This document shows, in pieces, positions 9,609 through 19,217 of a DNA stretch of 64,000 nt. This stretch comes from Acidobacteriota bacterium. GTDB lineage: Bacteria; Acidobacteriota; Thermoanaerobaculia; Gp7-AA8. The translations under genes and the position numbers were made by a program. Numbering within the stretch: the first letter of the stretch is position 1; each line of letters opens with the position of its first letter. The stretch spans positions 188,303-252,302 of the forward strand of contig JAXDJV010000013.1 in the NCBI GenBank assembly GCA_034667465.1, given 5' to 3'. The notes below the pieces were generated by a model, which saw nothing but the letters and a program-made list of their open reading frames with translations, had not been told where the DNA came from and did no database searches.

Positions 9609-10234
9609 AATCCGCGACGATGCTCGTGCCGTTGTTGCTCGCCGCCACGCTGATCGTCGATCGCACGCACGGCGAAGTTCGCATCTCAGCCATCGTTCAG
9701 CCTGAAGCGATGTCGCGTCCGTTCGGCGTCGAAGGACATCACGCCGTGGTCTGGAGCGGCGGACGCGCGCGGCACTGGGCGCTGTTCGTCGCCGACGCCA
9801 GCGATCACGACGTTCGCGTCGCACTCGATTCGCTCGGCGCAACGCGCGGCGAGAACCTGACGCCGAAATCGTGGAACGATCGCGACGACGCGAAGAGCAA
9901 AGAGCCGGACAAGCGCGTCGAAGGAACGCCGATCGACGTCTTCGTCGAGTTCGGAAATCGACGCTATCCGCTTGCCGAGCTCATCACTGAAAAGAATCGC
10001 AGTGCGCCGGCGCTCGACTTTCGCTACGGCGGTAACGAGCGATTTCAGAAGGACTTCCGATCCGGGTGCATCATTTGCCTGTACTCCTGTCCCGGAGGCG
10101 CCGTCGGGAACCACGCGCACCCGATCCGCGACTACGTTCGCGACGGCGTCGTCTACTCATCCATCGCAAAACGACTTCCCCCGAAAGGGACCAAAGTCAC
10201 GATCGTTCTCAAACCACGACTGGAGAAAAAATGA
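9596..10234 (+). CDS. Hypothetical protein (possibly DUF3047-like; not verified)
   Basis: Internal ATG 'MEPVESATMLVPLLLAATLIV' overlaps the oxidoreductase stop. The longer listed ORF (9089..) is an Arg-rich out-of-frame extension. Good codon bias after 9596. Confidence 0.5.
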   Translation: MEPVESATMLVPLLLAATLIVDRTHGEVRISAIVQPEAMSRPFGVEGHHAVVWSGGRARHWALFVADASDHDVRVALDSLGATRGENLTPKSWNDRDDAKSKEPDKRVEGTPIDVFVEFGNRRYPLAELITEKNRSAPALDFRYGGNERFQKDFRSGCIICLYSCPGGAVGNHAHPIRDYVRDGVVYSSIAKRLPPKGTKVTIVLKPRLEKK

Positions 10235-10770
10235 AGAAACTGCTGATCACACTCGTCGCAATGCTGCCGCTCGCCGCCTGCTCTTCGTCCAAGCCGATGC
10301 CGATGGCAATGGCGATGCTCGTTCCCACCGCCAATCAGACCGCCAAAGGAATGATTCACTTCATGGAGAACCGCGACGGCAGCGTCGAGGTGCAGGTCGA
10401 CCTCACCGGCGTTCCGGCCGGTGTGCACGGTTTTCACGCGCATGACAAAGGCGACTGCAGCGACAACGGCATGGCGTCCGGCGGACATTACAACCCGCTC
10501 AGCGCACCGCACGCCGGACCGGACGCCGCATCGAAACATGCCGGCGACTTCGGCAACGTGACCGCGAATGAAAATGGCGTCGTGAACACGACGTTCACCA
10601 CGCGCTCGATCACGGTCAGCCCCGGCCCGACGTCGGTCGCCGGTCACGCCATCATCCTGCACGCGAACGCCGACGATCTCACCACGCAGCCGAGCGGCAA
10701 CGCCGGCGCGCGCATCGCCTGCGGCATCGTGCAGTCGATGGAAGGCGGCATGGAGCACATGAGCCACTGA
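10231..10770 (+). CDS. sodC: Cu/Zn superoxide dismutase lipoprotein (SodC)
   Basis: Lipoprotein signal 'MKKLLITLVAMLPLAAC'. 'GFHAHDKGDC...GGHYNP...DFGNV...HAIILHANADD...ARIACGIV' Cu/Zn-SOD metal ligands. Confidence 0.85.
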   Translation: MKKLLITLVAMLPLAACSSSKPMPMAMAMLVPTANQTAKGMIHFMENRDGSVEVQVDLTGVPAGVHGFHAHDKGDCSDNGMASGGHYNPLSAPHAGPDAASKHAGDFGNVTANENGVVNTTFTTRSITVSPGPTSVAGHAIILHANADDLTTQPSGNAGARIACGIVQSMEGGMEHMSH

Positions 10771-10820
10771 TGGCAGGCGTGGTGCACCTCTGCGGCTCCG
10801 AGTCACATCGGAGCCGCAGA

Positions 10821-11291
10821 ATGAAACGACTGAGCATCGCCCTCGTGCTGCTTCTCGCCGCCTGCGCGTCGTCATCGACGACGCGGTCCGGCCCGTTCGT
10901 CGCGCCAGGTCACGGCGTAATCACGATCGAGATCGTCCCCAATCCGATCGTCGCCACGAAGATCAGCGACGACACGTACGAGTTCCCGTTCGAAGTCGTG
11001 GTGCGCGAAAGCGGCGGACACACCGTGAATGTAAATCGCGTCACGGCCGACGTCACCGCGCTCGGCGCGCTTCACGTCGCGAACGAGTCATACAACGCCG
11101 CGCACATCACGGCACTCGGCTACCCGACGAGCATCCCCGCGAACGGAACGCTGCGCTACCGATTCAATCCTCGCCGCGACGTGCCGGACGATCGTCTGTT
11201 CGGGAGTGTCGCCGCGGAAATCACGGTCGACGCGACCGATGACACTGGACAGCCGGTGACGGCGAGGACGACCGTTACGGTTCGTCGGTAG
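10821..11291 (+). CDS. Hypothetical lipoprotein
   Basis: 'MKRLSIALVLLLAACASSS' lipobox. No recognisable catalytic motif. Confidence 0.5.
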   Translation: MKRLSIALVLLLAACASSSTTRSGPFVAPGHGVITIEIVPNPIVATKISDDTYEFPFEVVVRESGGHTVNVNRVTADVTALGALHVANESYNAAHITALGYPTSIPANGTLRYRFNPRRDVPDDRLFGSVAAEITVDATDDTGQPVTARTTVTVRR

Positions 11292-11634
11292 GAAGCGGCG
11301 GCAGCATTGCGGTCACCGCTTCGATCAGCGGCGGTACGCTGCCGCTGATGATTTGCCAAACCACCGCGTCGTCAACGCGCTCGTACTCGTGCGCGAGAAG
11401 ATTGCGCAGCCCGACGATCTGACGCCACGCGATTTCCGGATGCGCAGCGCGGAACGGCTCACTAACGCGACGAGCGGCCTCACCAACAAGGCCGAGAACC
11501 CGCTCCAGCGCGCGCCGTCGCACCGGGTCGTTTGTGTAGTCCGCCGCGGACATGCCTTCACTGATCATGGAAAGCTCGATCGCGAACTTTCTGAGATCCC
11601 AAAGATTCGCGGCATCGCGTTCGTCAGGCTGCAT
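11275..11634 (-). CDS. hepT: HepT-like toxin (DUF86; nucleotidyltransferase substrate-binding, RNase)
   Basis: C-terminal 'RNLLAHEY' RX4HXY motif. 119 aa. Overlaps the upstream MntA gene by 11 nt. Confidence 0.8.
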   Translation of the reverse strand: MQPDERDAANLWDLRKFAIELSMISEGMSAADYTNDPVRRRALERVLGLVGEAARRVSEPFRAAHPEIAWRQIVGLRNLLAHEYERVDDAVVWQIISGSVPPLIEAVTAMLPPLPTDEP

Positions 11635-11932
11635 AGACGATCCTCCTCGTCCGCATGATGCTGTGCCGGCGAAACGGATTCGTCACGAGATCACGTTCGA
11701 CGAGATCCACTTCACGCCCGAAGAACGATTCCAGTTCGTCTTTCATGTCGAGGTAATCCGAAAAACTCCACGGCGCGTCGTCCTCGAACTTCACGAGGAC
11801 ATCCACATCACTATCCTCGCGAAAATCGCCGTTCACCACCGAGCCGAACAGCGACAGCTCGATGATCCTCCACTTCTTCGCGAACTCCGCGAGACGTTCC
11901 GTGGGGACTTCGATCGCGAACTCGGAAGGCAT
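11624..11932 (-). CDS. mntA: MntA-like nucleotidyltransferase antitoxin
   Basis: 'LFGSVVNGDFREDSDVDVLV' GSx10DxD minimal NTase motif. 102 aa. Immediately upstream of HepT. Confidence 0.8.
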   Translation of the reverse strand: MPSEFAIEVPTERLAEFAKKWRIIELSLFGSVVNGDFREDSDVDVLVKFEDDAPWSFSDYLDMKDELESFFGREVDLVERDLVTNPFRRHSIMRTRRIVYAA

Positions 11933-11967
11933 CGCGCAATAGTGTATCGGGTATCATTCGCGCCGCC

Positions 11968-12942
11968 ATGCCGGGACCGATTACAGAGTTCATCCAGCAC
12001 CACTATCGCCACTTCAACGCGGCCGCTTTGCGCGCCGCGGCCGACGACTACATCAAACACCTCAACGCCGGGAACAGGATGCTCGTCACGCTTGCCGGCG
12101 CAATGTCGACCGCGGAGCTCGGAATCTCGCTCGCCGAAATGATCCGGCAGGACAAAGTGCACGCCATCAGCTGCACCGGCGCGAACCTCGAGGAAGACAT
12201 CTTCAACCTCGTCGCGCACGACCATTACGAGCGCGTGCCGAACTATCGCTATCTCTCCGCCGCCGACGAGAAGAAACTTCTCGATCGCCACATGAACCGC
12301 GTCACCGACACCTGCATCCCGGAAGGTGAAGCGATGCGCCGCATCGAATCGGCCGTGCTGAAGCACTGGGTCGACAAGGACAGGCAGGGCAAGCGACTCT
12401 TCCCGCACGAGTTCATGTTCGAGATTCTGCGCGACGGCTCGATCGCCGAGTTCTATCAGATCGATCCGAAGGATTCGTGGATGGTCGCCGCGGCCGAGAA
12501 GAACCTGCCGATGTTCGTTCCCGGCTGGGAAGACTCGACGCTCGGCAACATGTACTCCGGCCACTGCATCTCGGGCGACGTGAAGAACGTTCACACCGTT
12601 CGCACCGGCATCGAGTACATGATCGAGCTCGCCGAGTACTACACGAAAACGACCGAGTCGCAGTCGATCGGTTTCTTCCAGATCGGCGGCGGCATCGCCG
12701 GCGATTTCCCGATCTGCGTCGTGCCGATGCTCCATCAGGATCTGCAGCGCACGAACGTTCCGCTGTGGGGCTACTTCTGCCAGATCAGCGATTCGACGAC
12801 GAGCTACGGCTCGTATTCGGGCGCGGTGCCGAACGAGAAAATCACGTGGGGCAAACTCGGCGTCGACACGCCGAGCCACGTGATCGAGTCGGACGCGGCA
12901 ATCGTCGCGCCGCTGATCTTCGCCTACGTCCTCGGACTCTAA
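11968..12942 (+). CDS. Deoxyhypusine synthase family protein (homospermidine-synthase-like)
   Basis: Similarity to the DHS/HSS family across the whole protein ('TLAGAMSTAELG', 'FFQIGGGIAGDFP', 'SYSGAVPNEKITWGK'). Confidence 0.75.
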   Translation: MPGPITEFIQHHYRHFNAAALRAAADDYIKHLNAGNRMLVTLAGAMSTAELGISLAEMIRQDKVHAISCTGANLEEDIFNLVAHDHYERVPNYRYLSAADEKKLLDRHMNRVTDTCIPEGEAMRRIESAVLKHWVDKDRQGKRLFPHEFMFEILRDGSIAEFYQIDPKDSWMVAAAEKNLPMFVPGWEDSTLGNMYSGHCISGDVKNVHTVRTGIEYMIELAEYYTKTTESQSIGFFQIGGGIAGDFPICVVPMLHQDLQRTNVPLWGYFCQISDSTTSYGSYSGAVPNEKITWGKLGVDTPSHVIESDAAIVAPLIFAYVLGL

Positions 12943-12978
12943 AGTCAACTTCGGGGGTCTGACCCCCGAAATTGACTT
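12943..12978. terminator. Bidirectional hairpin between convergent genes
   Basis: aagtcaacttcggggg-tctg-acccccgaaattgactt: a 16-bp stem between the DHS stop and the VWFA stop. Confidence 0.6.
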
Positions 12979-15008
12979 TACTGCGGCACGATCGCCGCCG
13001 TGCTCTTCATCGAGTCGGCGGCGTTTTTCTTTTTCACGACGACGTCGAGCGCCGACGCGCCGGCCGGAACGGAATCGAGCTGCATGACGAGCTTCGTCGC
13101 GCTGCCGTTCTTCACCTGCCCGAGGTTCTTCGCGCGCGGCGTCGCTTCCCACGTCAGTTCGTCGGGTGACGCGTTGTAGACGAAGACCGTGAACTTGCGC
13201 GGCTGTCCGTTCTTCACGCGCACCGCGGCGCTCGGGATGAACATCTCGCCGCCGATCTCGAACGGATAGCCGGCGTTGGTCTGATCGTGCGAGCCGCCTT
13301 TCACCATCACCCAGTTGCCGCCTTCTTCGATGAACAGCGGCGGCGTGACGGCGACCTCGTTCGCGCGCGGCACGGTCAGCTCGGAACGTGCGAAGCCGCG
13401 CGCTTCCGTCTCCGGTACGCGCACGAGTGATTTCACCGCGTACGTTCCTGGCGGCACGCTGAGCGTCCCGTAATACTTGATGCCGCTGGCGCGCAGCTTG
13501 TCGCCGACCTTCGTCAGATCGAGCGACATCTTCTGATAGAGGCGGTCGCGCACGACGCCGCTGTCGTCGAATGCGTAGATGAAGATCTCGGCGTTGAGCG
13601 TGTTTCCTTTCGCGTTCTTCGTTAGGTCCGTACCGTTGATCTCGAGGATGACCGGGACCTGCGCGTTCGCGCCGGTGGTCGGGAACGCCGCGGTCAGCGC
13701 GGCGACGCCGAGGCCGCTTTGCGGGATGTCGTTGAGGATGATCTCCGCGTTCGAAAGGGAGCGTTCCGCCGCGGTCTCGCCGCCGAGCTCGTAGTAACCG
13801 GCGCGATGCGACGCGCGCGAACCCGACGGCACATTGACGAGCTTCACTTTCAGATCGTGGAAGCGGCCCGGCTTCGCGGTCGGCGACTGGAAGCCGAGGA
13901 CGTAGACGACCTCCTGCTGGCGAAGCATGCGTGCGAAGTCGTCGCTGATGCTGTTCGAGTTGCGGAAGACTTCGCCGCCCGTCGGCTTCGAAACGAGGAA
14001 CAGCGCTTCGTTCGAATTCACGCGCGTATTGCCGCTGGTGTCGTTGCGCGCGCCGGTCTGCAGATCGCCGTTCACGCGCACGCCCTGAATGTCGAACGCG
14101 TTGAGCACGACGTCGGAGCCGCGAAAGATGCGCGCCATTTCCTCGATGATCGTGACGCTGCTCGAGCTGCCGTAACGCGCATCGGAATCGACGGTGTACG
14201 CCTGACCGGTCAGCACCGCTTCGTTTTCCTTCCGGACTTCTTCGCTCGATCCGGGACCTCGCCCCTGCACCAGTTTCGGATCGAACCCTTCCGACAGGAG
14301 GATGATCTGCTTGCGTCCCGAGACGGCACGCAGCGTTCGGGCGAGATTGCCGAGTGTCGTCAGCTGCTTCTCGATGCGGCCGCGATTGAATGCGTCGTTG
14401 CTCCGGCTGACGCCGCGCGAGATTTCCTGGACCTGCTCGGCGGCGGCGCCACGGCCGCCCTTCAGGTTCTGGTCCTTCGCGTCATAGGTCGTCGTTCCGG
14501 CGATCTGCAGCGGATCGGTCCCATGAAACGTTTGCGGATTGCTGATCGCGCTCGCGAGCAGATCGCGGTCGGTGGTGAACGCGGTCGTGAGCCGATAACC
14601 CTTCTCCGCGTCGATCGTCGCAATCGCGACGAGATCGCGCGGACGAACGCTCGTCTTCAGAAACGAACGCGCCGCGTCCTGCGCGCGCACCATCGACGCC
14701 GGCGACGAGTACGTCAGATCGAAGAGCAGCATGAAGTTGCGCCGCGCCGCGGGGTTCAGCGGCGAGATCGCTTTCACCGACTCTTCCGATGCGAAGTCGA
14801 TCTTGTCGAACGACGTCACGCTGATCGGCTTGCCGTCGTCGATCAGCTGGAAGTTCGCGGCCGTCAGTCCGCGCACCGGATTGCCGTCGCGATCGACGAC
14901 CGTCACCGGCACCTCGACGATCTGGACGTTCACCGTCTCTTTCACCTGCGCGAGAAGCGGCACACCAATGACGGCCAGCAGCAGCAAACGGCTCAGAATC
15001 GCTTTCAT
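12978..15008 (-). CDS. Secreted VWA domain protein of the Acidobacterial VWFA-related (TIGR03436-like) family, paralog 1
   Basis: Signal peptide. N-terminal 'VNVQIVEVPVTVVDRDGNPVRGLTAANFQLIDDGKP' motif. Central VWA fold. C-terminal beta-rich domain. Confidence 0.8.
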   Translation of the reverse strand: MKAILSRLLLLAVIGVPLLAQVKETVNVQIVEVPVTVVDRDGNPVRGLTAANFQLIDDGKPISVTSFDKIDFASEESVKAISPLNPAARRNFMLLFDLTYSSPASMVRAQDAARSFLKTSVRPRDLVAIATIDAEKGYRLTTAFTTDRDLLASAISNPQTFHGTDPLQIAGTTTYDAKDQNLKGGRGAAAEQVQEISRGVSRSNDAFNRGRIEKQLTTLGNLARTLRAVSGRKQIILLSEGFDPKLVQGRGPGSSEEVRKENEAVLTGQAYTVDSDARYGSSSSVTIIEEMARIFRGSDVVLNAFDIQGVRVNGDLQTGARNDTSGNTRVNSNEALFLVSKPTGGEVFRNSNSISDDFARMLRQQEVVYVLGFQSPTAKPGRFHDLKVKLVNVPSGSRASHRAGYYELGGETAAERSLSNAEIILNDIPQSGLGVAALTAAFPTTGANAQVPVILEINGTDLTKNAKGNTLNAEIFIYAFDDSGVVRDRLYQKMSLDLTKVGDKLRASGIKYYGTLSVPPGTYAVKSLVRVPETEARGFARSELTVPRANEVAVTPPLFIEEGGNWVMVKGGSHDQTNAGYPFEIGGEMFIPSAAVRVKNGQPRKFTVFVYNASPDELTWEATPRAKNLGQVKNGSATKLVMQLDSVPAGASALDVVVKKKNAADSMKSTAAIVPQ

Positions 15009-15028
15009 CGTTTCTCCACCTGTTGGAT

Positions 15029-17098
15029 TTACTTGACGATCAGCGCCACGCTCGCCTTGCGCGCGTCGGCCGATCCTTTGCTGCGAACGGTGACATCGAA
15101 ACTGGAGCTGCCGCGTACAAGTCCCTGCGGCGCGAGGTCGAAGACGAGCTTGGTCAGCTCGGCGTCGCGCGCGCGCACTTTCGATACGACGGCCGGCGTC
15201 ACGACGGCGCCGCCCGCGGCAGTCTCGAACGTCATCTCTTCCGCGTTGGCGTTATAGACGAACAGCGCGTATTTGCGATGCACGCCGTTCGTCACACGCG
15301 CCGCGGAGCTCGGCATGAACGGCTCGCCGTTGAGCATGAACGGATAGGCGGCACCGCTCCGATCGTGCGACGCGCCGCGTACGAGCAACCACTCCGACGG
15401 TTGATCGAAAAAGAGCGGCGGCAGCACCGACACATCATCGGCATGCGGCACGACGACGTCGACGCGCGCGAAGCCTTTGCGATCGCTGTCGATCACGCGA
15501 ACGAGACTCTTCACCTGGTAGTGACCTTCCGGAAGGCTGAGCGTCGCGTAATACTTGATTCCGCTGGCGCGCAACTGCGCTCCGACCTTGCCGACGTCGA
15601 GCGTCAGCCGCTGATAGAGACGATCGCGCACGAGGCCGTCGTCATCGAACGCGTAGATGAAGACATCGGCAAGCGCCGTCTTCGCGTTCGCTCCTTCCAG
15701 CAGCGACGGACCGTCGATCTCGAGCACGACCGGCACCTGCGACTGCACGCCCGTCGTCGGAAACGCGGCCGCCAGCGCATCGACATGGACCTCCGTCTGC
15801 GCGATGTCGTTCAACACGATCTCCGCGTTCGTGAGCGATCGCTCCAGCGCGGTCTGCGTTCCGGCTTCGTAGTAACCGGCGCGATGAAAAACGCGCGTGC
15901 CGCGCGGCGCGTCGAGCAACCGCACCTTCAGCTCGTGAAACGTTCCCGGCTTTTCCGCCGCCGCACGAAACGCGAGGACGTAGACGACTTCCTGCGCGCG
16001 CAGCATGCGATGCAGATCGTCATCGAGATCGTTGGAGTTCTGAAAGACGGCGCCGCCGGTTGGGTTGGCGACGAGGAAGAGCGCTTCGTTGGAGTTGATC
16101 TGTGCGCCGTGCGAGAGGTCGTTGTTGACGCGAACCCCTTTGGTGTCGATGGCGTGCAGCACGACATCGGCGGCGCGGAACTCGTGCGCCATCCGCTGGA
16201 GCGCGGTCTGCGTGTCGGACGTGCCGAATCGCGCGTCGGGATCAGTACGCCACAGCTCGCCGGTGAGGATCTGCTCGAGCTCTTCCCGTTGTTCGGCAGT
16301 CGAACCGGCTTCACGTCCGCGCACGAGCCGCGGATCGAAGCCGTCGGAGAACATGATGATCTGCTTGCGACCCGGTACTGCGCGCAGCGTTTTCGCCAGC
16401 TCTGCGAGTGCGCCGAACTGACGAAGGATCCGCGTGCGCATGAACTGATCGTCGAGCCGCTGCTGCTGCTTCAGCATTTCCTGAAACATGATCGCGCCTT
16501 CGTCGACGCGACCGGACGGCATCTCGCCGGGACGCGACATCGCGGCCATATCAACGACCGGAGTCCCGGCGATCTGCAGCGGATCGTTCCCGCGGAACGA
16601 GCGCGGATCGGCGATCGCAGCATTCAGCAGATTGCGATCGGTCGTGAACGCCGTGAGCATTCGGAATCCGCGATCGGCATCGACGGTCGCGACGCCGATC
16701 AGGTCGCGACGTCCGGCGCCACGCACGAGGAAGTCGCGCGCGGCGTTCTGCGCTTTCGCGATCGACGTCGGCGAGGTGTACGAGAGATCGAAGAGAAGGA
16801 GGAAGTTGCGGCGCGCGACCGGATTCAAACGCGACAGCGATTTCACCGACTCGAACGATGCGAAGTCGATCGCGTCAAACGCCGTCACCGCCTGCCTGTG
16901 GCCGCCGTCGAGCAGCTCGAAGTTGGCCTCCGTCAGTCCGCGCACCGGATTGCCGTCGCGATCGACGACCGTGACCGGCACCTCGACCACGTGAACGTTG
17001 ACGCTCTCCTGCAGTTGCCCGCGCGCCGCGCCTGCCATGAGCAGCGCGACACACGCAATACGAGCGAGCGGCGGCATCAGGATCTCCTGACGCGACAT
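15029..17098 (-). CDS. Secreted VWA domain protein of the Acidobacterial VWFA-related (TIGR03436-like) family, paralog 2
   Basis: Colinear with the paralog at 12978..15008 ('VNVHVVEVPVTVVDRDGNPVRGLTEANFELLDGG...'). Confidence 0.8.
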   Translation of the reverse strand: MSRQEILMPPLARIACVALLMAGAARGQLQESVNVHVVEVPVTVVDRDGNPVRGLTEANFELLDGGHRQAVTAFDAIDFASFESVKSLSRLNPVARRNFLLLFDLSYTSPTSIAKAQNAARDFLVRGAGRRDLIGVATVDADRGFRMLTAFTTDRNLLNAAIADPRSFRGNDPLQIAGTPVVDMAAMSRPGEMPSGRVDEGAIMFQEMLKQQQRLDDQFMRTRILRQFGALAELAKTLRAVPGRKQIIMFSDGFDPRLVRGREAGSTAEQREELEQILTGELWRTDPDARFGTSDTQTALQRMAHEFRAADVVLHAIDTKGVRVNNDLSHGAQINSNEALFLVANPTGGAVFQNSNDLDDDLHRMLRAQEVVYVLAFRAAAEKPGTFHELKVRLLDAPRGTRVFHRAGYYEAGTQTALERSLTNAEIVLNDIAQTEVHVDALAAAFPTTGVQSQVPVVLEIDGPSLLEGANAKTALADVFIYAFDDDGLVRDRLYQRLTLDVGKVGAQLRASGIKYYATLSLPEGHYQVKSLVRVIDSDRKGFARVDVVVPHADDVSVLPPLFFDQPSEWLLVRGASHDRSGAAYPFMLNGEPFMPSSAARVTNGVHRKYALFVYNANAEEMTFETAAGGAVVTPAVVSKVRARDAELTKLVFDLAPQGLVRGSSSFDVTVRSKGSADARKASVALIVK

Positions 17099-17131
17099 CT
17101 TAGGAGAGTCGCGCCCGCCCGCGCGACTCCG

Positions 17132-17770
17132 TCACTGTTTCGTGATGGCGCCGGCGTCGCTGCGCAGCATTCCGTGCCGCAGGATTCGCGAGATCTCGCT
17201 CACCACCGCCTCGGTGTCTTTCCCGAAATGTTCTTTGACGCCGAAGATGATCTCGATCGAGAAATAGTTATAGAAGATCCGCGTCGCCAGCATGACCGCT
17301 GCGGCCGGCGACAACCCTTCCTGCAATTTCGCTTTCAGCTCGTCTTCCATGTGATGCGACTTCAGGAAGGATTCGAACCGGCTCGACATGTCCGAATAGA
17401 ACTTGCGAATGTGCGAACCGTCGAACTCGACGACGTCGACGTAAATCAGCGCGACGTGATCGCGATATTCAGCGACCGTTTCGCGCGCCGCATGTCCGAG
17501 CTCTTCGAGATTTTCGGGAAAGGTGCTGCCGGCCAGCGCGCGATTGAATGGAAAGTCCGGCGTCGACATCGCCTGGAAATACTGATCGAGCAGCTCGCGG
17601 AAAATCGTCTCTTTGTCAGGAAAGTGGTGATAGACGTTTCCTTTGGAAACTCCCGCCGCCTCGGCGATGTCACGGACGCTCGTCGCCCCATACCCGTGAT
17701 GGGAAAAGAGTTTCAGCGCCGCTTCCAGGATCTGGGCGCGGCTCCGTTCGGAGCGTTCTTCCTGGTTCAT
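17132..17770 (-). CDS. TetR/AcrR family transcriptional regulator
   Basis: Internal ATG 'MNQEERSERSRAQILEAALKLFSHHGYGATSVRDIAEAAGVSKGNVYHHF' gives the HTH_TetR N-terminus. Last gene of the operon. Confidence 0.8.
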   Translation of the reverse strand: MNQEERSERSRAQILEAALKLFSHHGYGATSVRDIAEAAGVSKGNVYHHFPDKETIFRELLDQYFQAMSTPDFPFNRALAGSTFPENLEELGHAARETVAEYRDHVALIYVDVVEFDGSHIRKFYSDMSSRFESFLKSHHMEDELKAKLQEGLSPAAAVMLATRIFYNYFSIEIIFGVKEHFGKDTEAVVSEISRILRHGMLRSDAGAITKQ

Positions 17771-17777
17771 TGAATCC

Positions 17778-19217
17778 TCAGTGTATCGCTTCGCGCAGCT
17801 TCGCTTTTTCGACCTTTCCGTAAGGCGTCCGCGGAAGTACGTCCATGAATACGTAACGCTTCGGCAACTTGTACTTCGCAATACGCGCCGCGAGGTACGT
17901 TTCGAGCTCGTGCTGCGCGGCGCGGCCTACGATGAACGCGACCGCGACCTCGCCCCAGACGTCGTCCGGCACCGGCACGATCGCGGCGTCGGCGACCAGC
18001 GGATGCGTGACCAGCTCCGCTTCGATCTCGGCCGGATAAACATTGACGCCGCCGCTGATGAACATCTCTTTGCGGCGGCCGGCGATGAAAAAGAATCCGT
18101 CGGCGTCGCGCCGCGCGAGATCGCCGGTATGGAACCAGCCGTCGTCGCCGTACGCCGCGCGCGTCGCTTCTTCGTTGTTCCAGTAGCCGCTGCTGACATG
18201 CGGTCCGCGAATCGACATTTCGCCGATCTCGTCTTCCGCGACTTCGTTGCCATCGCTGTCGATCAGCCGTACTTCGGTGAAGAGCAGCGGCCGCCCGATC
18301 GAGCCCGGCTTCTGTGCCGCATCCTCGACCGTCATCGTGAAGCAGTTCACGCCGACCTCGGTCATTCCATAGCCCTGCTTCATCGGCACGCCGCGCGCGA
18401 GATACGCCTGTTGGATGTACGCGGGCAGCGGCGCGCCACCGCTGATGAACCAGCGGACGTGGCGGAGATCGGCGGTCGCAAATCCGGGATCGTCCATCAG
18501 CAGCTTCCAGATTGTCGGGACGCCGAGGACGACCGTGCAGCGCTCGCGCTCGATCGTCGGCCAGACGACGCGCGCGTCGAAGTTTTTGTGCAGCACGATC
18601 GTGCCGCCGACGCTGAAGATCGGGATGAGAAACGCCGCGACGCCACCCGCGTGATAGAGCGGCGTGAAAATCGGAGTGACGTCGTCTTCGCGCAGTCCCC
18701 AGTTCACGGCGGTGTTGTAGCCGTTCCACCAGAGCTGGCGCTTCGGGATCATCACGCCTTTCGGTTTGCCGGTCGTGCCGGAGGTGTACAGGAGACAGTA
18801 GATTGATTCGGCGTCGGCGCGGAGTGGCTCGCATGCTCCTTCACCGCTGCGCAGCGCGCACATCGCGACCGGCAAATCGAGCTTCGCGAACTCTTCACCG
18901 ACGAACAACACCTTCATCGCGCAGTCTTCGATGATGCCGCGCAACTCGTGCTCGGTCGCGCGCGTCGACAGCGGCACGACGATCGCTCCGCATTTCGCCG
19001 CGGCGAAGAAGAACGCGAGGAACTCGACGCAGTTGTACGCGAGGATTCCGTAGCGATCGCCGGCTTCAACTCCTGCTTCGCGCAGTGTGACGGCCGCCGC
19101 CTGTGCGCGCAGATCGAGATCGCGATACGTGAAACGCGCGCCGCTCTCGATCTCGACGAGAGCGAGCTTGTCCGGCGTAATGCGTGCGCGCTCGGCTAAC
19201 AGGTCCCCGTCAAACAT
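17778..19217 (-). CDS. AMP-dependent synthetase/ligase (acyl-CoA synthetase-like)
   Basis: 'LLYTSGTTGKPKGVMI' AMP-binding P-loop. 'YGMTE'. 'GWFHTGDLARRDADGFFFIAGRRKE'. C-terminal 'PKRYVFMDVLPRTPYGKVEK'. Confidence 0.85.
   Translation of the reverse strand: MFDGDLLAERARITPDKLALVEIESGARFTYRDLDLRAQAAAVTLREAGVEAGDRYGILAYNCVEFLAFFFAAAKCGAIVVPLSTRATEHELRGIIEDCAMKVLFVGEEFAKLDLPVAMCALRSGEGACEPLRADAESIYCLLYTSGTTGKPKGVMIPKRQLWWNGYNTAVNWGLREDDVTPIFTPLYHAGGVAAFLIPIFSVGGTIVLHKNFDARVVWPTIERERCTVVLGVPTIWKLLMDDPGFATADLRHVRWFISGGAPLPAYIQQAYLARGVPMKQGYGMTEVGVNCFTMTVEDAAQKPGSIGRPLLFTEVRLIDSDGNEVAEDEIGEMSIRGPHVSSGYWNNEEATRAAYGDDGWFHTGDLARRDADGFFFIAGRRKEMFISGGVNVYPAEIEAELVTHPLVADAAIVPVPDDVWGEVAVAFIVGRAAQHELETYLAARIAKYKLPKRYVFMDVLPRTPYGKVEKAKLREAIH

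Noticed and set aside
11833-13152. 439-aa minus-strand ORF over the deoxyhypusine synthase region, and similar long ORFs at 13719..15257, 15023..17773, 22884..24332, 25130..26854, 36380..38197, 36634..37983, 42925..44889, 44585..45991, 49022..50614, 50717..52831 and 52856..54295
   Set aside because: All are Arg-rich, low-complexity, and antisense or out of frame relative to genes with strong family signatures. They are expected in 65-70% GC DNA because stop codons are rare.
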